A DNA stretch of 64,000 bases from Tubulanus polymorphus (Eukaryota; Animalia; Nemertea), in the NCBI RefSeq assembly GCF_964204645.1, contig NC_134033.1:578131-642130 (forward strand). Direction: 5' to 3'. Position 1 is the first letter of the stretch. Each line of letters begins with the position of its first letter. Below are positions 26,983-38,070 of this stretch, piece after piece. Under the pieces are notes generated by a model, which was not told where the DNA came from, did no database searches, and worked only from the letters and a program-made list of their open reading frames with translations. The position numbers and the translations under genes are program-made.

Positions 26983-27767
26983 CAGACGCTTTGAATAGTT
27001 CTCGTAGATACTGGAAATTCAAGCACTTTGAAAACATAGCAATGAATATTAAACTTATTATACAAATATATCTCAGAAAATCCGAGACAAGTTCAAACGA
27101 TGATTTGTTTAGAATGAAGGTGTACTTGCCGCTATTAGTGAGACGATCCAGTCCTCTTTCATCCAGTGCGAGTGATACGGTTCTCGCGAATGAATATATG
27201 GGAAACACGTGACAGGAAATCAATAGGAGAATCGATGTCGGAGGGGAGAAACAGTAGTCAGGACAATTGCGACGTTTTTTATAATTTGAAGCAGCATATT
27301 GAACGGTTGAAAATATGGTAATCATCTATAACTGCAATGTATTAAAAAGAGAATGAATTAATGGATAAAATAAAGAGTCTATTTAAATGAAACAAAATTT
27401 TTTGAGTGATTGTGTTACAGGTGAAATCGGCATTTCAGAATTCAAGAATCAATTTAACACAATTCACACGTTTTTTCAGTATTACAACATCAATATCACA
27501 TCTGGATTACAATTTGGCAACATATTTATTTTGTAGATTCGAGTTTTTAATGGAAGCATTTCTGTGGGCGTGAAAACAAACGATGTATGCCAAAACAGGA
27601 ACTTTTTGTGGATCACCTGGTTCATCACTTCCGGGCGTTGAAAAAGAATTTAAAAAAAAAACGAAGCCGGGGTCAGTTGCAAATTGGTTTGTACATGTAG
27701 TTTAACCATCGGGTCGACATTCAAGAATGCAGTTTGGTTTCCAGAAAAGTTACTGTCTTATAGCAAT

Positions 27768-27940
27768 CTAAAAGCGAAAAACCCAATTAGATGGAATAAA
27801 ATCTACGAATGAGTCGGACGTTTAAACTCAAATCGGAGCCATTTTTGTATTATTCAGATTTTGAAAATGGTTCATAGATTTGAATCGAAACGTCAGACTC
27901 TCTGCTAGTTTTTTCATCTCACTGTGGGTTTTTCGCTTTA
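27768..27940 (+). mobile_element. Fold-back element with variant (U3-A8) hammerhead-like core
   Basis: Inverted arms ctaaaagcgaaaaaccca / tgggtttttcgctttag. Core TTGAAAA-t-ggttc..gaatc-GAAA-CG-TC at 27861-27894. Helix I is not evident. Confidence 0.5.
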
Positions 27941-29051
27941 GCAAGAATGGAAATTTTTTAAGTCGAGTTTTAACGACGGAATTTAAATAGTACATCGAAA
28001 GAATGCAAGAATTGTATCCACCGGTTGATTTAACTAGGTTTTCAGCGCACCAGACCCCAGTTGATTTTGATACATATCTAAGATGTTTATTTTTATGTAA
28101 ATTACATAAGTTTTATTCATTTAAACACAGAAAAAAGAAACGACGATTACAAAATTAGAGTCAAACAACAAAACGTAAATATTCCCGGCTCGAATAACGA
28201 ACACAATTTCTTTATCTCTTTAATTTCCCAAAACATGGGGTATAAGAAAATAAGAATTTCGAGGCTTAAAATTCCCAATCCTAAAACAGTTCACCCTCAA
28301 TTTAGAGTTTATAGCTGTAATGATGTATCCCATATAGACATCATAACCTTTCCCAAAAGCTACCGATTACTATCAGCATATTATCAGCACATGTAGCAGA
28401 ATATTCAAGTAATAAGCATTTCAACAGTAGGCTAAAGATAATCGGTGGATGTCACTGTGTCAACTATCCACTGGTTAACTCTGACCAACTTTTGAGCAAC
28501 TAGATCCCCCGGATCCGGTTCCGAATTCCACGGTTGTGTAATCTGAATTAAAATTCGTTCATGAGTTAATTCTTTAGTCAAATCTGAACTCGTGGAACTG
28601 GTTCCTGGTGTATTGTAGAAATACGAATATGCAATATATACTTTGCCTTATTAAAATCGATTATATTGTTTTAAATAACTTCGGAATAAATGAAGCATAG
28701 CACAGCAATACCACTTGTGATAACGTTTATCCCCTCCTTGGGTTAGCTTTAGATATATGTAAATTAAACACAAAACAATAAATGATTATTCAAAAAACCC
28801 AAACAAAAATAAATGTCACAAAATCCCGGCACGAATAGCGCACACGAATCATGTATCTCCTGTCTCAATATTATTCATATTCCCGATATCACCTATACAT
28901 CACATGGAATTAAACGGGTTTTCCCCCACCGAAACATTACGGGTTTTCCCCATTCAAACCTTCCCCCGAGAGCTACATATAATTACCACCTGTTGCACGA
29001 TATGAATGTAGAATATGCGGTAAATAATCCCCGGTGGTAAGTTGCTTAAAA

Positions 29052-29293
29052 GGACCCGGTTCCACAGCTGAGAGTTAGAGTTAACTCCTAGTTAAAGTTA
29101 GTCCATTTTCGATGTTTTAATTCTAGTCAAATTTAACTCAGGGGCCAGTTGCTCAAAAGTTGGTTAAAGATAACCAGTGGATAGATACCATAGTAACTAC
29201 AATGAACTGTTAATTGTCACTATGTCAACTATCCACTGGTTAACTCTAAACGACTTTTGAGCAAACGGCCCCTGAACTGTAGAACTGGGTCCA
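29052..29293. mobile_element. MITE family B interrupted by a nested MITE family C (29142-29271)
   Basis: The B left part ends ...aactCAG. It is followed by gggccagttgctcaaaagt ... acttttgagcaaacggccc (the C TIRs), and CTGaactgtagaactgggtcc resumes B. Confidence 0.8.
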
Positions 29294-30099
29294 GTTGGTT
29301 AAAGATAACCGACGGATAAATACCATAGTAACAATGGAGTTTTAATTTTCACTATGTCATTACTTATCCACTGATTACCTCTCACCAACTTTTCAGCAAA
29401 TGCAGCTCCGTATACGCCATCAGAATATAAACTTAACGCTTTATTGCATTATCTAAATATTGATCTGTCGGCTATAGTTTTATATATCTTTGAATATATG
29501 AGTGTATTCAACTATTCTATACATGTGAACGAACAACGTGATGTTGCGTTCGATAAATAAAAGGCTGTAAGTATAACAACGGTGACCACAGTAGCTTAAT
29601 GCAGTAAACCGCGTAGTCCAGCTCGGACTCGAACTGGGACCCGTCAGTCTCAGTTCAGCGAAAGCGAAATCAATTTCGGACCAGTCAAAGCCTATGTAGG
29701 TACGACGAACCGCCACAAATCAGAAGCAGCCGCAGCAGGTACCATGTTAGTCTAACCGTGGTTGGTGGCTTATTCGTCGTAAGGCTAAGCAGCTCACAGA
29801 GAGGCAGCACGAAAACAATGGTTAGCGTTAACAGCATTTTCCAGCTCCCGTTTAGTACGCTTAAGCACAGTTAACTAGCCATGGTTAGCACTAACAGGGT
29901 TTTCCTGTGTCTGTCCCAGGAGTCAGTCACTAAACATTTGCTTTGACAAATGCTATTGTAACCACGGAAATCCGAAATGTGGATCATTGCTTCGAGTTCT
30001 CTCCATCTTCAGATATTGGAAATTAACGATGTAGTCAGAAAATGAGAAAGTTTTTGTCAAATGTCGAAAATCCGAGTTGGACTGCGAGGTTTACACGGT

Positions 30100-33000
30100 T
30101 CAGTAGGGCCCGAAACCATTAGCCACAGACGGGCGAGTTTTATCGGCAGACGATCTGATATTTGGCGGTACTCGCGGCGGTGCTGCTCGTGATGTAGCCG
30201 CGAAACTAGCGGCCACCGCAGAACGGGAATTATTCGCTGCAGTTCCCGGAGCCGTCCTCCAACTGTTCGGTATCTCCTACAATTATAATTCAAATTCCCT
30301 GTCATACCAATTAAACTGACCACAAATCAAATTCAAGTTCGTTGAAACGAGTAGTTCTATGAAGCAGCCGTTTGAGGCGGTTACGTCACAACTTACCTCG
30401 TAAATTCGTGGTTCTCTCTCGCTCGAGTCGAAAGCTGAATAGAATTGGAGAATCATATTTAGAATTCTCTGAATAATAAAGTTCGATTTCGAATTGACTT
30501 TAAAACAACGAACCGAATGGATTGATAGGTGCGCGCATTGTGATATAGGCGTCTTCAGCACGATCGGTCCAAATATTCTTCTGCAATTAACAAATAAAGA
30601 ATGAATTTAAGTTACGTAGGCTTAGCGTATCTACAGTATTCACAGTGACGCGGGATCCCGGAGGTGACCGACCATATGACGTCATATTTTCATAATAGAG
30701 CGGCCTTTTTTGTCTCAATTTTGTCTCTAATTTTATTTCGATGAAATCACACGTTATTGCCAGTTGCTAAACGAAGCAAGTTGATTGTTTAGGGAAAAAC
30801 AGTCGAAACGTATCATGACATCAATTCACTCAATAATTTCTAGCATTCATTGGTCTTCAATTCGCTTCAAAACTTTTCCTCCAAGACGTGTTGCACCGAT
30901 TCAGCGTCAACCTAGGTCTGAACAGATTACAACATCAAAACTACCACTGACGATAATTTAAACTTACGTAATAATCGCGTTCTCGGATCGCCTCGCTTAT
31001 TCGTATCTGCGTTTGCCTCAATTTCTCATCCAGTTTCATCAACTATTATCAAAAATATCCAAATATAGACCTGGGGCCGGTTGCATAGTCATGGCTTAGA
31101 CTTAAGACCAGTCTAAGACCAACTTGGTTCTATAGCCAATCTAACAACTTAAGACCAGTCTTGAAATTTGAAACCATTTTTGGACTCTGTGCAACTGGCC
31201 CCAGGTTTACTAATTATGCTATTCCGGATTACCGCTGGTGGAGGTGCGGGGCATTTACGAACAAACGGATGGTTTTCGGATGGTGCCCGAAGGTACTTAT
31301 GAACAATTAAATTTGTGATTTATTTTACTGGTGCCGACCTCGGTTGTTTTCTGTCGACATTTCTGTTCGACTCGAGTTTTCTCCGTTTCCAGATTCCTCA
31401 CTCGAATTCGCAGAGTTTTCGCGTCGCCTTCCAATTCGCGGACTTTCCGTCTGAGTTCGCGAATCTCGTCCGTGTCGTGGAGCTGTGAGTGAACAAATCG
31501 ACAGACATCAAAACAGAAAACGTATATACAGCGTGTATTATTCACATCTTACGAATAGAACGATTACCACACTGAAACGTTGTGAACGGATAATAAGATG
31601 AAAACCCACTATCTACAGATTAAAAGAATTTAAAAACAAGAATTTATTCGACCAATCTAAAATATATATAGAATACACGACGTTTCGATCTCACCCTAGA
31701 GATCATCGTCAGGTGTGTTTTTAAATTCTTTTGATCTGTAGATAGTGGGTCTTTATCTTATCTTACGAATGATTTTATATGTTTTGTAACAATTTTCAGA
31801 AAAATAAAGCTTAGTATCTATCTAAAATGTGGGGACAAAGTCCTTTTTTTGCGTACACCAAGGTCCGGAGACCATATATTGGGCTAGGTCAAATGATCCC
31901 TGGGCTGGGTTTCCCTAGATGAGGAAGCAAAATAGTCCCTGGAAACATTATGAAATGTGTGAAGTTATAAGCATGGTCTCTCATCGTTACTATAGTGGTT
32001 GTCACTCAGATTGAGGATTTATTCCTAGGAAGGGGTAAACTTTGATACTCAGTCTAACTGAACTAACAGAAACTGATGTTGATTTGTTTTTGTGTAAGTT
32101 ACCTGTAAAGAACGATCCTCGAATGTAGCCACGAGTTCATTCAAACGTTCCTGAATCTCCTCTTTATCCCGCGCCAGTCTCTCCCGATCGCGACGTTCTT
32201 TATCGAAATCTTCTTTATAGATCGTCACCTAAAACAAAGAATAGTTTTATTCTAAATCTCTAACCATCCCCGACTTCATTTTAAAGACAGTATCGGTACC
32301 TGCATCTTGAGAACTTCGTTTTCATCTTTGATGGACTGTAAATTCTCTGGAAGTTGCACCGGCTGCTCCTGCTGCTCCCGAGGAGGAGCGACGTTCGGCT
32401 GATGGATGGATGCCGGCTGAAACTGAATCTGTCCAAGGAATTCTTCTTGTTCATCCTTAGAAAAAGAAATTAAATTCATTAGTCTTTTCGTTAGGTCGGT
32501 GCAGTGCTCCACCTGTGGTTCTACCAGCTCCGCCATCCTACCCTCTTCCTCGGTGATGTCGACACAGGTCCGATCAATGTCCGACCAAACATGGATCTTT
32601 TGAAAATTCCAAAAATGTATTCATTTTGTAATTAAACACGTGGTTGTTCTGTTTTTTTTAAAAGAAACTCCCATTTGACATAATCAGTTTAATAAGTATA
32701 TAAGAATGGAAGATATGGTCCAGAACTATGATAGGCGATGATTTAGTGACAATCTTGTTAAAATGCATGTGGATGACTCTATAACAAGTTTTAGACCCCG
32801 TTCTGTCCCTCTCCGCGCTCCCTCGTCCCTCTGCGCAGCAACACTCACCCGAATCTGTTGGATTTTACGTTCAAGTTCATTCGCTTGTTCTCTCAAAGCA
32901 ACTTTCTCATTTTCACTCTCCAACTGTCGAGTTTCCAGACTAGCGCATCTCTGCTGTTCAACGTGCAGCTGTTGTAAGGCTTCCTCTTTATCGCGCTACA

Positions 33001-36000
33001 AACATCGAATCGAACAAACAATCAGAAACTATTTCTAACGTAGAAAACAACTTCAATTAAGAGGAGAGAATCCCACAATGATAATAAAAAGTCCGAAAAT
33101 GAAACTTCGAGATAGTAGTTTATTTCAACGTTTCGACTATATCCTAATAGTCATTTTCATTCCTGAAGATGACTATTAGAATATAGTCGAAACGTTGAAT
33201 AAACTACACTAGCTCAAGGAATACAGTATTCCTGAAGATGACTATTAGGATATAGTGGAAACGTTGAATAAACTACACTAGCTCAAGGAATACAGTATTC
33301 CTGAAGATGACTATTAGAATATAGTCGAAACGTTGAATAAACTACACTAGCTCAAGGAATACTGTATTCCTGAAGATGACTATTAGGATATAGTCGAAAC
33401 GTTGAAATAAACTACTATCTCGAAGTTTCATTTTCGGACTTTTTATTATCATTGTGGGATTCTCTCCTCATCGCGTCAACACGGATATAGTGTTCTACCA
33501 ATCGTGAACTTCAATTAAGTTTTCCTAGTCATGAAAACCGAAATACAACTAATAGGTTAACTATTCGTGATTAATACTTCGTTGTGTATTCTACGAATGA
33601 AGCAACGCCTTAATAACTGGCCCCGTTGCTGCTACTATCTCTAAACATTAAGTAAAGCCGGGCGTAGGTCGGCCTTGTGACAGCTTGCGACTCACTGCGA
33701 CCGCCAGCAAAGACCCGCCGACCTACGCTACCTTGCGACGCTGGCGGCGGGTTGCGACTGCCACTGAACGCCAGTCGCAATGAGTCGCACATGTTCTACT
33801 TCCTGCGACGCGACGTGACCGTGACCTCTTGAGACTGGCAGCAACTAGTCTGAAACAGTTGCTGACAATCGCGTCGCAAGGCCGACCTACGCCTGGCTTA
33901 ACAGTGAAAACGACTGGCTACATGACTACCGAGCCCAAAGAAATGTCTTTATAAACTACTTTAAGTTGTAAGGTTGTAACTATAGGCTATACCCGTGCAC
34001 TTAATTACATATTCTCTCTGAAAATGTCATCATAAAGACCTGTTCGGTATCAAGTTTTCGTTTCAGGTTAACCATCCAGCGGTCTATTTCGGCAGTCCTT
34101 GTTTCAGCCTGCTCAGTCAGTTCGATCTCTTTTTCTCGAGCGCCCGCTAGTTCCTCTTTCAGTTTGTAGATATCGCGCTCGTGTTCGCTTTTCATGTCAC
34201 TGCAGTATTTTTCCCATAGACGATTTGCCTTCTTTAACTATAGAATGCAGAGAGAAAGGACGGAGATATTTTAATTTGTTGGTTGAGTCCTGGACTCATA
34301 TTCGCTATTTTCAATGCGTAATGACGTTGTCAAGTTAATTAACGTCGATAATATCAAACTACGTTATTTTTCAACGTGTAAACTTTCATATATAAGTTTT
34401 CTTGTATATTTTGACCGCAGACTCGTCCGAAACGCAGTTGTTTTCACAATCACCAGTGTCTCAATAAAGCGGCCATCTTGGATCACGCGAGATCTCACTG
34501 TGATCTCGCGGGACTTTGAAAACACCAAGATGAAATAGATTGTTCAAATTAATGAATTTTTTGTAGAAAATACATTTAATTTGTAGATAGTGGGTTTTTA
34601 ATTCGTTATCAATTCACCACTTTGAGTGTGGTTATCGTTCTACCAAGATGAAATTGCTCGAATAAGAACTAAACTGACTTCGGCCATATTCCGTTTCATT
34701 TTCTCCTTTTCTTCGTCGAATTTCCTCTTCAGTTCGTCGCCATCGTTTCCTAACAGCGTCGCCTTCATAACGACCGGTTCTGACGGTTGATCACGTGCAC
34801 GTGTCGAAGTCGCTGATTGGCTAGCGGCAGGGGTCGTCTGCTCTTTCTGAACTGGTTTTCTCTCCGTTGACGTTGATTCGGAATTGACGGAATTCTCCGA
34901 CGTCGCCGATGATCGTCTGTTGTTACCTTGCTCGGCGAGTTTGCGTTCGGAGACACCGAGACGAGCTTTCAACACGTCCATGTCATTCCTGCATTTAAAA
35001 ACAGAATTAGTTAGAGACACTAAATCAGCTGAAAACGACCCGGTTACTCAGCCATGGCTAGGATTTAAAAACAGTCTAAGACCATCTGAATTCAGGGCCG
35101 GATCCAGAGGTCAATTATGAATGAACTTGTCACATCCCAAAAGGGCACTTTCATATCCAAAAAGGCAATATCACGCGCACCCCGCACTTAGAGATGAAGC
35201 AATTATCTTTGTTGCCAAGGAGGTGAAAGGACACAAAACACAAAAATTCCATGGACTTAGAGCAAGTCACACACGTCCCCAGGCCCTAGATCCGTCCCTG
35301 AAGTTCTACAGTCAATCAAGACACAACAATTTATCTTGGACTACAGTCAAAACTGCGCAACTGGCCGCAGGTGCCACTTCAGACTCGTGACAGTGCAGTA
35401 GACACAAGTATCCGCAAAATATAGATCTAGTATCCCCCTTCTTTCGTGTAGAATTTCTCAATTTTGCTCATGATCAGAAAAAGAACTTAGAAATAAATGA
35501 TCATAATATTGAACTGACTTCATGGAGTTGACCAGCGCTCTGAGCGACATATTCTCGTCGTGTAGTTTCACATTCTCTTGCTACAAAATACAAGTTTATA
35601 TCAATCAATACACGATGATGTCATAGGGGGATTTATGACGAGCAGACGATCGAATGCGCAAAAAAACCTACAGTGTTTTTGTATGCTCTGGACTCGAGGA
35701 TGAGTACGGCTTTATGAAGGTTGGAAAGGGATGGAGAGAACGGATTCTGAGTCTGACCGAGCGCGTTAGCTAGAGACATCGATAAATCCTGTACCTGCGC
35801 CGAAACGGGCGTCTCGCCTTCCGGAGCTGGAGTCACCGGAGCTGTCGGAGCCACCCGCTGAATGGAGAAAGAAGCGAATTAGACCGTGAATAGATTACAG
35901 TAGAATGTGTTGCCTCGGATCAAACGTTGGACTAGACGCCAGACGACAGTACAGACGCCAGACGACAGTACAGACGCCAGACGACAGTACAGACGATTCG

Positions 36001-37767
36001 TCATCTTCACATGAATTGAAACATTTGAATGGTGTTTAAGCCATACGTGTCACGTGATTAATCTGAAGCGATCGGCGCTCCTATCGATCAGACTCTTGGG
36101 CACGTGATAACCAGAGGCGGTGGTATTTTGGGACATCTAGAGGCTCTGTCGTTATCTAGTGGTAACCGTTGGTACGAACGTAGTTTAGTGTTGTTACTCA
36201 TACTTACCACGAGTGTTGGTGACACGTGACACTGCGGCGGTTGATAGTGAATCGATTCAGCCAATGGAGTGTGAGAAGGATTAGTTTTTGCGTGAACTGT
36301 TGTATCCTCGGGAATTTCCTCCCAATCTTCCCCTTCGGAAAACGCGTGCTTAGCCACGCCGCTGTCCGAAACCGCATTTCCCGCCAAATCGTGTTTCGAA
36401 ATCGGTCTACGGCCGACGCTAGAGGGCGTTTTACCATATACGTTGCCAGGTGGAGCTACTGTCGAATTGGTAGATTTTGTAGGAGAGTTGTCAGTTTTGT
36501 CGGGTTTCTGTAAATGTACATTATAACATCGTGAATCGACTAATTCATTTATTTCAAACAAAGTCGAATTACATATTTGAATATATTATGCTAATAAGAA
36601 TAACCTGTTCAGTGACGTCAGTGGTTTTCGTATTTCCAGGTGATGCAACACTAACAAAATTGTAGATGTCGCTTTTGGAGGGTTCCTAAAATCGATAAAA
36701 GTCGCATTCACATGAGAAATATGGGATCCAAGTCTGTAGTTCATCACGAGTAACGATCGCTCTCATTAGCGGTCTTATGAACTAATTTGCATATTTACCA
36801 GTACGCATGCGTCGATGTCTTCAATCGTGCAAAACATGGCGTCGATCGCTTCCTGTTGTCGCGGCGATAGCAGATCATCGGAATTATTCTACGAAATGTT
36901 GACAATGAACATTCAGTTTACAGATTTATATGTCGCTGCAGGTCAATCTGGTTATATTTCGTAATAATAACGGTTATCGTTATCGAACTTTGAAAATGCG
37001 AACGTTATCGCAAACTTTTAATGTTTACCCTCCAATAATAATAGGCCTACGCGTATAACTAGGTCCAGTGAAATTAAATCGCTCCAATTGCTCTTTCAAG
37101 ATAAGATTTTTTCTTCATAACAATAAGTCAATCTTTCATAACAATTGATAACAGTACAAAAACTTTTCCGTCGAATTCTAATAGAAATCTAGCATGGATT
37201 CAAATACGTCCCAGAAAAGAAAACATATTGTATACGCCCCCTGGCGGTTCTACGTAACAGTACACACTAAATATATCAGAAATTTCGAAGTTATGACCAG
37301 TGGCCTCTGATTACCACGAAGCAGTCGTTGCCGAAATAATAGAGACTGATAATAATTCATTCATAGAACTTTTTTCAAAGGACGCAATTCTTACGGTGAC
37401 ATCTTGGAGCATTCCCTCCAGATCTTGGCCGCTGGAGGATTTGATCGTCTCCAGTTCCCGTTTGGTGGTCGCCAGTTCCGCTTTCGCCGTCAGAAGTATA
37501 TCACCTGTGCACAGTATTTACAGGTCCTCTTTAGGTTTAGGTTTAGACTTAGTTTTAATGAGTTATATGTAAATCAGTTCGGATATTCTACCGCGGTTAG
37601 TTTTATATGAAATGCTACTCACCGAGATTTTCCAAGCCACATATTTTACTTTTCAACGAAATATTCTCGGCTTTCACCCGAGCAACTTCCGATTGCAATT
37701 CCTTCATGCGGAGCTTCATCGAGTCGTCGCTCGGGCAACTGGGAGCCATTGTTTGGCGATGACTCAT
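30100..37767 (-). CDS. TNIP1/ABIN-1-like (optineurin/NEMO family) UBAN-domain coiled-coil ubiquitin-binding adaptor
   Basis: About 17 exons. The first coding exon is 37767-37623 (MSHRQTMAPS...LQSEVARVKAENISLK), followed by long coiled coils. The UBAN signature ENEVLKMQ|VTIYKEDFDKERRDRERL spans the exon ending at 32300 and exon 32228-32103. The 3' exons ~31482-31339, 31042-30968, 30580-30514, 30434-30397 and 30276-30100 join in phase. There is no C-terminal zinc finger. Some internal exon boundaries are approximate. Confidence 0.78.
31073..31201. mobile_element. MITE family A, unit-length copy (~130 bp)
   Basis: ctg|gggccggttgcatagtcatgg ... tgtgcaactggccc|cag. Other copies: 46806-46940 (rev), 54220-54356 (rev), 54766-54938 (rev), 59030-59402 and 59862-60000. 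Confidence 0.85.
31557..31759 (-). mobile_element. Non-coding fold-back insertion carrying a hammerhead ribozyme (Penelope-like/retrozyme-type)
   Basis: An 11-bp direct repeat atcttacgaat at 31546-31556 and 31760-31770 (TSD), and inverted arms 31593-31638 / 31716-31760. Confidence 0.75.
31675..31716 (-). ncRNA. Minimal type I hammerhead ribozyme
   Basis: The minus strand reads ACAC-CUGACGA-U-GAUCUC-uagggu-GAGAUC-GAAA-CG-UC^-GUGU. It has a full catalytic core, 6-bp helix II, 4-bp helix I, GUC site and palindromic ACGU helix III. Confidence 0.8.
33062..33506 (+). mobile_element. Fold-back insertion with a 4-copy tandem hammerhead ribozyme array
   Basis: 13-bp TSD aacttcaattaag (33049-33061 and 33507-33519) and near-perfect ~94-bp inverted arms (33061-33154 / 33376-33469). 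Four hammerhead cores have a 69-nt period. Confidence 0.85.
33158..33408 (+). ncRNA. Four tandem minimal type I hammerhead ribozymes (69-nt period)
   Basis: UAUUC-CUGAAGA-U-GACUAU-uag(a/g)au-AUAGUC-GAAA-CG-UU^-GAAUA, with CTGAAGA at 33163, 33232, 33301 and 33370. Confidence 0.82.
33656..33898. mobile_element. Tourist/Harbinger-like MITE
   Basis: TAA|agccgggcgtaggtcggccttgtgac ... gtcgcaaggccgacctacgcctggct|TAA (long TIRs, TAA TSD). Confidence 0.8.
35935..35996. repeat. 19-bp tandem repeat x3
   Basis: agacgccagacgacagtac repeated. Confidence 0.85.
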
Positions 37768-37804
37768 CGTTTTCACAAATCAATACTGAAATCAATAGAA
37801 TCGA

Positions 37805-38070
37805 TTTCCACACTTTAAGTGTGGGTTTAATTTGACTCATAATCCAGTTCCACAGTTGTGTGGGTTTAATTTGACTCATAATCCAGTTCCACAGTTGTGT
37901 GGGTTTAATTTGACTCTGAACCCAGTTCCACAGTTGTGTTAGTTTTATTTGACTCTCAACCCAGTTCTACAGTTGTGTGGGTTTTATTTGACTCCCAACC
38001 CAGTACCACAGTTGTGTGGGCACAATTTGACTCTGAAGCAAGTTCCACAGTTGTGTGGGTTTAATTTGAT
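37805..38070. repeat. 40-bp tandem repeat (~6-7 copies)
   Basis: Repeated ccagttccacagttgtgtgggtttaatttgactc. Confidence 0.85.

Noticed and set aside
31232-31295. Possible extra TNIP1-like exon (YLRAPSENHPFVRKCPAPPPA)
   Set aside because: It would need a ~43-nt upstream intron and a weak acceptor, and the coiled coil reads through better when it is skipped.
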